Virus record (IMG/VR): IMGVR_UViG_2537562189_000010
DNA length: 32,348 nt
Source of the DNA: a virus
Taxonomy: Duplodnaviria; Heunggongvirae; Uroviricota; Caudoviricetes
Reading direction: 5' to 3' (one strand)
The position numbers were made by a program, and so were the translations under genes. How positions within the stretch are numbered: the first letter of the stretch is position 1; every line of letters begins with the position of its first letter. Positions 19,208 through 27,430 of this stretch are shown in pieces. The notes beneath the pieces are model-generated. The model saw only the letters and a list, made by a program, of their open reading frames with translations, was not told where the DNA came from and ran no database searches.

Positions 19208-21034
19208 ATGCGCCGCCATAATGGGCGCATGGCTAAATATTCTGACGAAATCAAAGAGGCGGCGCGATCGCTTTACCTGAAGCGGTGGCACCCCCGCGAT
19301 ATTGCGGCGGAACTCGGTATTCCGCCGCGCACGGTTTACCACTGGTGTGATGTGGGGCAGTGGGCTACCCTGCTGCCCGCTGAATCCGTTGAGGACGTGA
19401 TCGCCCGGCGTATTGATGTGCTGACCGGACGGGAGGGCAAGACAGAGTGTGAACTTGCCGAACTGCGTGAACTTATCGCGCAGCACGTGAAGATCATCGC
19501 CCAGAAAAACAAACACGCTGAAAGGATGGCGGAAATTGCCGCCCTGCGTCCGGCAGGGTATGAGGACGGCACGGCTGCGGGGACCTGCGGCGGGGGAGAA
19601 GGGAAAAAGCGGCGCTACCGGAAAAACGACGTTTCCGGACTGACTGCTGAAATGCTGGATGAATGGGCGCGTAAAAAACTTTATGCCTACCAGCTGCACT
19701 GCCGCGAGAACCGGCACCGTGAGCGCCGTTTCATCCTCAAGAGCCGCCAGATCGGCATGACCTGGTATTTTGCATGGGAGGCGTTCGAAGATGCGGTGGT
19801 GACCGGTGATAACCAGATTTTCTTTTCTGCGTCACGGGTACAGGCGGAAATCTTTCGTGAATATATTATTAACTTCGCCCTGCAGTTCGGGATCACGCTC
19901 ACGGGTAAGCATATCCGTCTGAGCAATGGTGCAATGCTGCGTTTCCTGTCCACCAATGCCAGTACCGCCCAGGGATTTAACGGCCACCTTTACGGCGATG
20001 AGGTGTTCTGGATCCCAAAATTCACGCGACTGCATGAAGTGGCCTCGGCAATGGCGACCCACGACAAATACCGCACGACGTATTTTTCCACACCCAGCGC
20101 CAAAACCCACCAGGCTTATCTGGTCTGGAATGGTGACGACTGGCGCGGGGATGATCCGGCGCGCCGTGCTGTTGAGTTTCCGAAAGAAAGCGCGATGCGT
20201 GTGGGCTGTGAATGCCCTGACGGGATCTGGCGCTACATTATCCGGCTGGAAGAGGCGGTGGCGGGTGGCCTGTCTGCACGGGTTGATATTGAACGTATCA
20301 GGAACCGCTACAACCCGACCACCTATGCGATGCTGTACGGCTGCGAGTTTGTTGACAGCAAGGATGCGGTATTTAAGTTCTCCGAACTGGTCAGGTGTGA
20401 GGTGGAGATGGAGACGTGGGGTGACTACGATCCCACGGCGGCACGTCCGTTCGGCAATCGTGAGGTGTGGGCGGGCTTTGACCCGTCAAGGTCCGGGGAT
20501 AATTCCACGTTTGTGATTGTGGCCCCGCCTGTCCATGAGGGCGAGCGGTTCCGTGTGCTCGCTGTCTGGCAGTGGCAGGGATTTAACTTCACCTGGCAGG
20601 CCGATCAGATCCGCGAACTGATGCAGCGCTTTAACATTACCTATATCGGCATAGATATCACTGGTATCGGGAAAGGGGTGTTTGATATCGTCAGTCGCTT
20701 TGCGCCACGTGAGGCTAACGCCATTCTTTACAGCGTGGAGAGCAAAAACCGCCTGGTGATGAAAATGATAGACGTGGTGGCCCATAAGCGTATCGAGTGG
20801 GCGAAAGACGCCATTGATGAGGCCAGCCGTGAACGCACGGAGATCCCCGCGTCGTTCATGTCTATACGCCGCACCACCACAAAAAGCGGTAACGCGCTGA
20901 CGTTCGTGGCGGAACGGTCGGATGTTACGGGGCATGCGGATGTGTTTTTTGCCATTTCGCACGCCGTGATTAATGAGCCTGTAGATTATGACTATGAACG
21001 CCCGTCCACATGGGCCTTCGGGAAAGCCGCATGA
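19208..21034 (+). CDS. P: terminase large (ATPase) subunit (P2 gpP-like); alternative start at Met8 (19229)
   Basis: 608 aa, divergent from the head operon; its stop overlaps the portal start (ATGA); order and size match P2 gpP. Confidence 0.8.
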   Translation: MRRHNGRMAKYSDEIKEAARSLYLKRWHPRDIAAELGIPPRTVYHWCDVGQWATLLPAESVEDVIARRIDVLTGREGKTECELAELRELIAQHVKIIAQKNKHAERMAEIAALRPAGYEDGTAAGTCGGGEGKKRRYRKNDVSGLTAEMLDEWARKKLYAYQLHCRENRHRERRFILKSRQIGMTWYFAWEAFEDAVVTGDNQIFFSASRVQAEIFREYIINFALQFGITLTGKHIRLSNGAMLRFLSTNASTAQGFNGHLYGDEVFWIPKFTRLHEVASAMATHDKYRTTYFSTPSAKTHQAYLVWNGDDWRGDDPARRAVEFPKESAMRVGCECPDGIWRYIIRLEEAVAGGLSARVDIERIRNRYNPTTYAMLYGCEFVDSKDAVFKFSELVRCEVEMETWGDYDPTAARPFGNREVWAGFDPSRSGDNSTFVIVAPPVHEGERFRVLAVWQWQGFNFTWQADQIRELMQRFNITYIGIDITGIGKGVFDIVSRFAPREANAILYSVESKNRLVMKMIDVVAHKRIEWAKDAIDEASRERTEIPASFMSIRRTTTKSGNALTFVAERSDVTGHADVFFAISHAVINEPVDYDYERPSTWAFGKAA

Positions 21035-22083
21035 GCAAGAAACGCAGAAACAAAACGTCACGCGTGACGAAAAAATCATTCACGCCCGCACGTGGCAGCA
21101 CAATCACCTTTGGCCAGCCGGAACCGGTGCTGACCACCGGCACGGACTACCATAACATCTGGTATGACAACGAACACAACCACTGGCAGCTGCCGATTAA
21201 CCGCCTGGCACTGGCGCAGCTCCCGAACCTTAACGCCCAGCACGGTGGGGTGCTGTATGCCCGCCGTAACATGGTGGCGGGGGGCTATACCGGTGGTGGT
21301 CTCACAACGGACCAGATGGAACAGGCGGTATTTGACTACCTGTTATTCGGCGATCTCGCCCTGCTCAAGGTGCGTAACGTATTCGGCGACGTCGTGGCTC
21401 TTGAGCCGCTTCCGTCGCTGTATCTCCGGCGCCGCAAAACCGGTGAGTTCGTGGTGCTTCAGGAAGGCCCCGCGCTGGTCTATACGCCGGAAGATATTAT
21501 CTTTCTGCGGATGTATGATCCGCGTCAGCAAATTTACGGGCTGCCGGATTATATCGGTGGCATTCACTCGGCGCTGCTGAACAGCGAGGCCAGCCTTTTT
21601 CGTCGCCGTTACTACAACAACGGGGCGCATATGGGGTTTTTGCTGTATACGAACGACCCTGGGATCACCACGGAGATGGAGGATGAGATCCGCGAGAAGG
21701 TGGCGGAGTCTAAGGGGCTGGGAAATTTCCGCAATCTGTACATCAACATCCCCAAAGGTTCGCCGGATGGAGTGAAAATTATTCCGATTGGTGAGGTGAG
21801 CGCCAAGGATGAATTTTCAAACATCAAGGGGATCAGCGCCCAGGATGTGTTTACGGCACACCGCTTTCCTGCCGGTCTTGCGGGGATCATCCCCACGAAC
21901 GGAGCCACCATCCCTAACCCGGAAACGACGCGTGAAACGTACCGCAAGGATGAGGTGATACCGCTTCAGCGTAAAATCATGAACGCCGTGAACAGCGATC
22001 CCGATATACCGGAACACCTTTATCTTTGTTTTGATGTGGAAGCCGGGCATGTGGCGGAAGAAAAAGCGGTACCGGTCGGGTAA
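21031..22083 (+). CDS. Q: portal protein (P2 gpQ-like)
   Basis: About 350 aa, translationally coupled to the terminase gene; ORF track 21010..22083 with the coupled ATG at 21031. Confidence 0.75.
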   Translation: MSKKRRNKTSRVTKKSFTPARGSTITFGQPEPVLTTGTDYHNIWYDNEHNHWQLPINRLALAQLPNLNAQHGGVLYARRNMVAGGYTGGGLTTDQMEQAVFDYLLFGDLALLKVRNVFGDVVALEPLPSLYLRRRKTGEFVVLQEGPALVYTPEDIIFLRMYDPRQQIYGLPDYIGGIHSALLNSEASLFRRRYYNNGAHMGFLLYTNDPGITTEMEDEIREKVAESKGLGNFRNLYINIPKGSPDGVKIIPIGEVSAKDEFSNIKGISAQDVFTAHRFPAGLAGIIPTNGATIPNPETTRETYRKDEVIPLQRKIMNAVNSDPDIPEHLYLCFDVEAGHVAEEKAVPVG

Positions 22084-22120
22084 AATGTCCTCCCCTGGGT
22101 ACGTGTTATCGGGAGGTAAG

Positions 22121-22384
22121 ATGCGGATTTTTAAAGCCCGGTGTCCTGACTGTGGCGCACCTGCTGTCATCCGGAAGACAGACTGGAAAACCCCTGAACT
22201 TGCGGATCTGTACTGTGCATGCAGTGATGTCGAATGCGGGCATACCTTCGTCTGTACGATGACCTTTTCCCATACCCTCAGCCCCGGCGCCCGCTCCGGT
22301 CGCAATATGGTGAAGTTTCTTGTTGATGCCATGCGCCCGGAAGATCGCCGGTATGCACTTGAACTTCTGTCGCGGCGTTCCTGA
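22121..22384 (+). CDS. ogr: Ogr/Delta-family zinc-finger late transcription activator
   Basis: 87 aa from the ATG at 22121 (GGGAGG Shine-Dalgarno 4 nt upstream); CPDC...(21 aa)...CACSDVECGHTF matches the Cys-x2-Cys...Cys-x4-Cys Ogr zinc finger. Confidence 0.75.
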   Translation: MRIFKARCPDCGAPAVIRKTDWKTPELADLYCACSDVECGHTFVCTMTFSHTLSPGARSGRNMVKFLVDAMRPEDRRYALELLSRRS

Positions 22385-22410
22385 CGCGCTTCGCTTGTCT
22401 GCTGCTTCGC

Positions 22411-22435
22411 CGGGGCAAAAAGAATTTTTGCCCCG
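22411..22435. other. 25-bp perfect palindrome CGGGGCAAAAAGAATTTTTGCCCCG between convergent transcription units
   Basis: Read directly; forms a 10-11 bp hairpin on either strand; lies between the end of ogr and the end of the early operon. Possible bidirectional terminator or protein site. Confidence 0.45.
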
Positions 22436-22503
22436 ACTCACCAGCTCTCTTAACGGAATGCGGCGGGCGCTTTTCTTTGTAAATTAGTGTGCCCAGTCCC
22501 ATG

Positions 22504-22731
22504 CTACCTGTCCGCAGGGATCTCCTTATTTGTGTGGTTATGTATCTGTTGTAGATATTTCATCTTCCGAATGATGTCGGCTTTGACTTCAGGGTTGTCA
22601 ACGTTCAGGGTCGCATTACCGTTTGCGTCAACAATAAGTCGGTATTTTGCTGTTTGCTCCAGATTTGTATCAACATGTGATGCTACCGCATCCGTGTATC
22701 GGCGTAGTACTTTCCAAATAAGTGTTGGCAT
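22504..22731 (-). CDS. hypothetical protein, 75 aa (last gene of the early operon)
   Basis: ORF with a GAGGAAGAG Shine-Dalgarno upstream of the ATG; no recognisable motif. Confidence 0.5.
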   Translation of the reverse strand: MPTLIWKVLRRYTDAVASHVDTNLEQTAKYRLIVDANGNATLNVDNPEVKADIIRKMKYLQQIHNHTNKEIPADR

Positions 22732-22797
22732 ATCTCTTCCTCGTGGTTAGTGACTAACTTTTACCACATCTCATCTTTTTATATGTTTTCCTTTCGG

Positions 22798-22962
22798 TCA
22801 CGAGAGCAACCAGATAACCGCAACGGTTGCCGCGAAAATTCTGGCGATAAAGCCTGCTGTGAAGTGGCGAAACGGGTTTTCCCACGTCAGGAATGCCATT
22901 AAAGCAATCCATGCAATGGTAAAAATCAGTGCGCCCTTAACGGCGATAAACAGTTCGTTCAT
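22798..22962 (-). CDS. small hydrophobic membrane protein, about 54 aa (approximate coordinates)
   Basis: Hand-translated: MNELFIAVKGALIFTIAWIALMAFLTWENPFRHFTAGFIARIFAATVAVIWLLS, preceded by AAGGAGG; below the ORF-track length cutoff. Confidence 0.45.
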   Translation of the reverse strand: MNELFIAVKGALIFTIAWIALMAFLTWENPFRHFTAGFIARIFAATVAVIWLLS

Positions 22963-23036
22963 TGTGGTGTCCTCCTTTGTGTGTCAGGCGAATAAATTGC
23001 GTTGCGGTGAAAAAAATCAGGTGCGCCAGCGCAGCC

Positions 23037-23192
23037 TTACTGCTGACGGCGTTCCCGGAGTTCGGTCAGTGCTGCAAGTAAATTCTCCCACCACGTTTCT
23101 TCCACGACCGGGTTTTGTCGTGAAAGTAGCTGCTGCGCCGACTCAATCATCTTCTTCAGGTCTTTGTCGCTGATCCTTCGGGGATTGTTCAT
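23037..23192 (-). CDS. small protein, about 51 aa (approximate coordinates)
   Basis: Hand-translated: MNNPRRISDKDLKKMIESAQQLLSRQNPVVEETWWENLLAALTELRERRQQ; its ATG overlaps the stop of the upstream 134-aa ORF (ATGA). Confidence 0.4.
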   Translation of the reverse strand: MNNPRRISDKDLKKMIESAQQLLSRQNPVVEETWWENLLAALTELRERRQQ

Positions 23193-23593
23193 GGTGTGTT
23201 CCTTCTGTTGGCGGTTGAATGCACATAGCGGGCAATTGCCGCTTTGCGGTTAATTGTGACCAGTGTTCTGGTGAGTTCTGCGTTGTGTTTGTGTGCCTGC
23301 TCTTCGTGGTACTGCCGCATGATTTTTCCGGCAGGCGTGAGCGGCTCCGGCTCCCCGTGCGGACGGCGCGGACGAACGGCGACAAGCCAGCTGCGGTTAG
23401 TGCTGTCCGGTCGTCCGTTGAGTATGTCGGTGATGATGGCCGTGGTGGTGCGATCGGGACTGACGACTGTGATTTCCAGCTCATCGCCGGGTTGTGGTCC
23501 CGTGGCAATGTTGTTCAGGGTCAGTAAGGGCGTGCGCTGGCGCATCATTTCGTCAAAGCGCTGGCGCTGCATGGCGCAATAAAAGCGGGTCAT
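23189..23593 (-). CDS. hypothetical protein, 134 aa, translationally coupled to the replication gene
   Basis: Start codon overlaps the stop of the replication gene (ATGA); function unknown. Confidence 0.45.
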   Translation of the reverse strand: MTRFYCAMQRQRFDEMMRQRTPLLTLNNIATGPQPGDELEITVVSPDRTTTAIITDILNGRPDSTNRSWLVAVRPRRPHGEPEPLTPAGKIMRQYHEEQAHKHNAELTRTLVTINRKAAIARYVHSTANRRNTP

Positions 23594-26109
23594 TGTGGCG
23601 CCTCCGTATTCGGTGCGGGGGTGATATCAATGCGGCGGGTGCTGTCGTTCCAGTGCGCGGTGCGCCCGTCAGCCAGGCGCACGCGGGCACCGTGCCGGAC
23701 GGAAACGACGGCGCTTTCATGCAGCTGCACGCCCAGCGCATCAAGCTCGCGGGTGATTTGTGCGGTGATGTGTGGCTCAGCGGTCAGTGCGACACTCACG
23801 CGAACGCCGTCAGCGGGCGCACTGATGCCGCCGTTTTTCACGGTTTCCGTGTCAGGTGGCGGGTTTTTCAGCTGCCTGGTGAGTTGTTTTCGCTCTGTGG
23901 GGGTCAGTGACCTTAACCATTCACCCAAATCACCTTCAGGCAGGGTAAGTCGCTGCTCCCTGCGTTCGTCCGGCTGCCTTTCTGGCGGGTCGTTTATGGT
24001 CAGATTCTGGTCAGGGGGACAGTTATTGCCACGAGTCCAAGGTGCGGCAAAGCCGCACTCAACGTCAAAACCCTCGTCCGTGCGGTCTTCGTTTTCCGGC
24101 TTACGTCTGACCAGTTTCCAGGTGTCCGGGTGGGTGCATATGGTGTAGCGCTCCCCGAGTGACGGGGCGCGGACGCCGTAAATACGTTGCGGGAATTCGC
24201 CGTAGTCGTTGGCCTCTTCGGCAGTTTCGTATGCGGTGCGGACCAGGTACGTGTTGCGGGGAATGAGCACACCACCCTGGCGGGTGATATAGGTGGCAAA
24301 ACATCCCACGTCGGCGGCGGCCAGTATGGCGTCAATGTCGTCATGGTCCAGACGCTGCGGGGCAGCCGGGTTACGGGCCATCTGCCCGGCAAGGCGGCGG
24401 AGTTCGCGCCATACCTGGCGGGGCGGGATACCGAAGAACTGGAACTGGCGGATGCGGTGAAGGGCAGCCCAGCCGATGGCGTTCTCCACGGTTTCGGCCA
24501 TGGTTTTGCCTGATTCCTTATCGACGTAAGGTTTGCCGGTTTTCGGGTCATTCCCCATGAAGGCGCTGGCGTCCAGGTTCTTACCGATATAGGTCGCGAT
24601 ATAGCTCGCCGGTGTGCCTTTTGCCGGGTCGATTTTTTCGCATTTAAAACGCGGGGAGATATCATCACCCAGCTCTGCGCGGTCCTCCCTGATGGCGGCG
24701 TTGCGCATGATTTCAGTGATACGGGCTTCGTTTTCCGGGCTGGTGAATACCAGCATGTGCCAGTGCGGTGTACCGTCGTGGTGGGGCTCCACTGTGCGCA
24801 CGCCGTACCAGCCCAGCCCGGCCTTGTTGATGGCCCTGCGGACGGCGGCGAAAAAGCGGTAAACCAGATAATCACTGGCATCACGTACCGTTGCTCCGCA
24901 GTATTTCGGGTTCAGGCTGCCGTCATCGTTCACGCTGTGAAAACGGGAAGGGGCTGTGACGGTGACGAAAAACGCCAGGTCGCCGCGTGCTTCGGCGACC
25001 TGCTCCATTCCCCGGACGCAGGCCATCATCTCGTTACGGCGGTTACGCGGATTAGAGAGACCTGCCCAGTAGATATCCTCAAGGCTGAACCGTTCTCCTT
25101 CTTCGTTCTCGATGTCCCAGGCCTTCAGAAAATCGCGGGTGCGCTGGCGTTTTTCGCGCCAGTCCAGTAACGCTTCATGGCTGATATATACCGACGTCTT
25201 ACGTGACACCAGGCCTGCGGCGCGTAACAGCTCTTCACGCCAGATGTCCCGGAGGTGTCTTAACTGACTGTTCCACCATGTCGCACAGGAAAGGCGCATG
25301 ACCGCACCCGGCACCTGTTCCGGGTCGGGGGCGGTGCGGCGGTCGGGCCTGATTTCCAGCGACGGCCAGCAGGGTGGCGTGATACCCAGTTTTAACGCCA
25401 TGTGTGCCAGTGGCTGGTAGGTCAGTAACCAGGTGAACAGGTCATCGTCACCCCTGCCGGTCTTTTCGATGACCTCATCACATGCGCGCTCCAGTGCGGT
25501 GGAAAACGCGGTGGCGGTCAGGGTGGCAAGGCGCTGGATTTCGTCACGGCTCAGCTGCGGCAGCATAAGCAGTTCATCCAGCCGTTCGCGGGCGGCGGTG
25601 GCCTTAAAGGCCGGGGTGGCAAAGCGTTCATTCACACGGGCGATACGTTTCAGGCGGGCACGCAGCCCGTGACGAACGAAGTTATCCGCCGCGTATGCGC
25701 TGTTGTTCTTAAGCCCTTCCCGGCGTGCGCTCTCCTGTTTGCGGCTCAGGCGTGCCAGGTCCCGGATGAGCGGACCGGCAAGAAACGGCGGCAGGGCGCG
25801 CAGCTCCGCCATGGCTTCAGATACCAGTGTGGGCGGATTTTCGCGTTTGTGTCGCGCCAGTTTTTCCAGTCTGATCCGACGCTCTTCGTCGTGGTAAAGA
25901 TGCGAATTAATTCGCTTCCCTTCGTCTGTGGTTGTCAGAAAGGCGACGGTTTCTTCATCCAGTCTGGCGTCAGTGCGAATGTCCTCGTTGATGTAGCTCT
26001 GAATGGCCTGGCGTAATGCAGTTGGCTGTGCCCTGCCGAACGTTTCAGGATCGATAACCGGCAGCGGGGCGTTCCACGGGTACGCCAGTTGTGCGTTATG
26101 GTCGCTCAT
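23590..26109 (-). CDS. A: rolling-circle replication initiator, HUH endonuclease (P2 gpA-like)
   Basis: About 839 aa from the first ATG (ORF track 23590..26118); contains ...GTPHWHMLVF..., the HUH metal-binding motif of P2 A / phiX174 A-type initiators. Confidence 0.85.
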   Translation of the reverse strand: MSDHNAQLAYPWNAPLPVIDPETFGRAQPTALRQAIQSYINEDIRTDARLDEETVAFLTTTDEGKRINSHLYHDEERRIRLEKLARHKRENPPTLVSEAMAELRALPPFLAGPLIRDLARLSRKQESARREGLKNNSAYAADNFVRHGLRARLKRIARVNERFATPAFKATAARERLDELLMLPQLSRDEIQRLATLTATAFSTALERACDEVIEKTGRGDDDLFTWLLTYQPLAHMALKLGITPPCWPSLEIRPDRRTAPDPEQVPGAVMRLSCATWWNSQLRHLRDIWREELLRAAGLVSRKTSVYISHEALLDWREKRQRTRDFLKAWDIENEEGERFSLEDIYWAGLSNPRNRRNEMMACVRGMEQVAEARGDLAFFVTVTAPSRFHSVNDDGSLNPKYCGATVRDASDYLVYRFFAAVRRAINKAGLGWYGVRTVEPHHDGTPHWHMLVFTSPENEARITEIMRNAAIREDRAELGDDISPRFKCEKIDPAKGTPASYIATYIGKNLDASAFMGNDPKTGKPYVDKESGKTMAETVENAIGWAALHRIRQFQFFGIPPRQVWRELRRLAGQMARNPAAPQRLDHDDIDAILAAADVGCFATYITRQGGVLIPRNTYLVRTAYETAEEANDYGEFPQRIYGVRAPSLGERYTICTHPDTWKLVRRKPENEDRTDEGFDVECGFAAPWTRGNNCPPDQNLTINDPPERQPDERREQRLTLPEGDLGEWLRSLTPTERKQLTRQLKNPPPDTETVKNGGISAPADGVRVSVALTAEPHITAQITRELDALGVQLHESAVVSVRHGARVRLADGRTAHWNDSTRRIDITPAPNTEAPQ

Positions 26110-26522
26110 GCGTCGCACTCCCCGGCAGTTGCCGCCTGAAACGCCGCGCGGTACAGCACGAGAAGGCGCTGGTATTCACCGATAAAGTCTTCTGCGGTGT
26201 ATATGCCTTTCACGGCCACGCTGTGCGTTGTCATTTCCAGAACCAGCGCCATTTCTGACGACGACCAGCTGATGGCGGTGCTGTCGGTTCCGTTGATGTG
26301 AAATAAACCAAAGCCATCACCATCGCCTTTTACGTCCACGCGGTAACGGTCGTCAACGGTGAAGGAGAAATCCCCGTATGTGGTGACGCGTCCGGCGGCC
26401 TGTTTACAGGCGCGGCGGTAATAGTCGTGCCAGTCGTTCAGGCGGGAAGCCAGCCGGGGATCCACTGCCCACATCCAGTTAAAAAAATCCTGAATATCTG
26501 AAAGTCCCTTAACGCTCTTCAT
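26106..26522 (-). CDS. hypothetical protein, 138 aa, directly upstream of and coupled to the replication gene
   Basis: ATG preceded by GGAGG; its stop overlaps the replication gene ATG; its ribosome-binding site lies at the boundary of the tandem repeat. Confidence 0.5.
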   Translation of the reverse strand: MKSVKGLSDIQDFFNWMWAVDPRLASRLNDWHDYYRRACKQAAGRVTTYGDFSFTVDDRYRVDVKGDGDGFGLFHINGTDSTAISWSSSEMALVLEMTTHSVAVKGIYTAEDFIGEYQRLLVLYRAAFQAATAGECDA

Positions 26523-26590
26523 GAGAACCTCCGGTAACAGACGTGCGGAAGCCTCCCGCGCACGTGTGCGGGATGGCTTCAGGATGTTGT

Positions 26591-26818
26591 TTAGTGGTGG
26601 TGTTGCTGGTTGATAAGGTCCTGCAGTTCTGCCAGGTCTTCGGCCAGATAGCTGAAGACTGCCGCGTAATACCCGGCAGCGATACCGTCGTTAAGTCGGT
26701 GTAATACGTTTGACTGCATGATGAAGGAGACAGATGCAGCCCGATGGAGTCTGCGGTTGATTTCTGTGCGGATGTGAAGACGCTCAGCGCGGGCGCGCTG
26801 TTGTTTGCGGTTTGCCAT
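26591..26818 (-). CDS. 75-aa Arg-rich protein, copy 1 (unknown function; candidate RNA-controlled effector)
   Basis: Identical in protein sequence to copy 2 despite synonymous nucleotide changes; AAGAGG Shine-Dalgarno; basic N-terminus, acidic C-terminus ending in HHH. Confidence 0.7.
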   Translation of the reverse strand: MANRKQQRARAERLHIRTEINRRLHRAASVSFIMQSNVLHRLNDGIAAGYYAAVFSYLAEDLAELQDLINQQHHH

Positions 26819-27132
26819 GGTGTTTGGCCTCTTGTAGTAAGTTGTGAAAACTCACCAACCCGAGGCGGTAATCTCAGGGTGGCGAGACGTACAGGGTTAC
26901 CACAACCGGCTACAAGAGATCCCGGCCCGACCGAAGTCGGCCCCGTACGCCCCGCCATAATTCTGACGCAAAAAAGACGTGGCGATACAGTACGCACAAA
27001 AAAACCGCTGGCGCGGTTGTGCGCTCTTGTAGTCGGCGGGGTGGTAATCCCGGCACCCGTTTTATGAGGTGCGGGAAAACTGTAACCCGACCAGGCGAAC
27101 GCTGGCAAGCGGTTTTTTTGTGTGTGCATGGA
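26819..27132 (-). ncRNA. structured leader / antisense-type regulatory RNA region, copy 1 (c4/CI-like architecture)
   Basis: CTCTTGTAG (about 26829-26837) and again (about 27024-27032) are each the reverse complement of CTACAAGAG (about 26911-26919); GGTAA/TTACC inner pairing; minus-strand hairpin plus T7 terminator; UUCG-loop hairpin. Confidence 0.5.
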
Positions 27133-27202
27133 GAACGAACCTCCGGTAACAGACGTGCGGAAGCCTCCCGCGCACGGGTGCGGGATGGCTTCAGGATGTT
27201 GT

Positions 27203-27430
27203 TTAGTGGTGGTGTTGCTGGTTGATAAGGTCCTGCAGTTCTGCCAGGTCTTCGGCCAGATAGCTGAAGACTGCCGCGTAATACCCGGCAGCGATACCGT
27301 CGTTAAGTCGGTGTAATACGTTTGACTGCATGATGAAGGAGACAGATGCAGCCCGATGGAGTCTGCGGTTGATTTCAGTCCGGATGTGAAGACGCTCAGC
27401 GCGGGCGCGCTGTTGCTTGCGGTTTGCCAT
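27203..27430 (-). CDS. 75-aa Arg-rich protein, copy 2
   Basis: Same protein as copy 1; the only nucleotide differences are AAA/AAG (Lys), CGC/CGG (Arg) and ACA/ACT (Thr). Confidence 0.7.
   Translation of the reverse strand: MANRKQQRARAERLHIRTEINRRLHRAASVSFIMQSNVLHRLNDGIAAGYYAAVFSYLAEDLAELQDLINQQHHH

Noticed and set aside
19115-19717. 200-aa minus-strand ORF overlapping the start of the large terminase gene
   Set aside because: Lies antisense to a confident terminase gene and extends across the divergent promoter region; no support.
22385-22500. Canonical P2 cos site (GGCGAGGCGGGGAAAGCAC) in the expected position after the portal and ogr genes
   Set aside because: No match to the P2 or 186 cohesive-end sequence was found by eye here or elsewhere; the cos site may be divergent, so none is annotated.
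22859-23173. 104-aa plus-strand ORF
   Set aside because: Two short minus-strand ORFs with good Shine-Dalgarno sequences and coupling to the upstream gene occupy the same interval and fit the operon direction.
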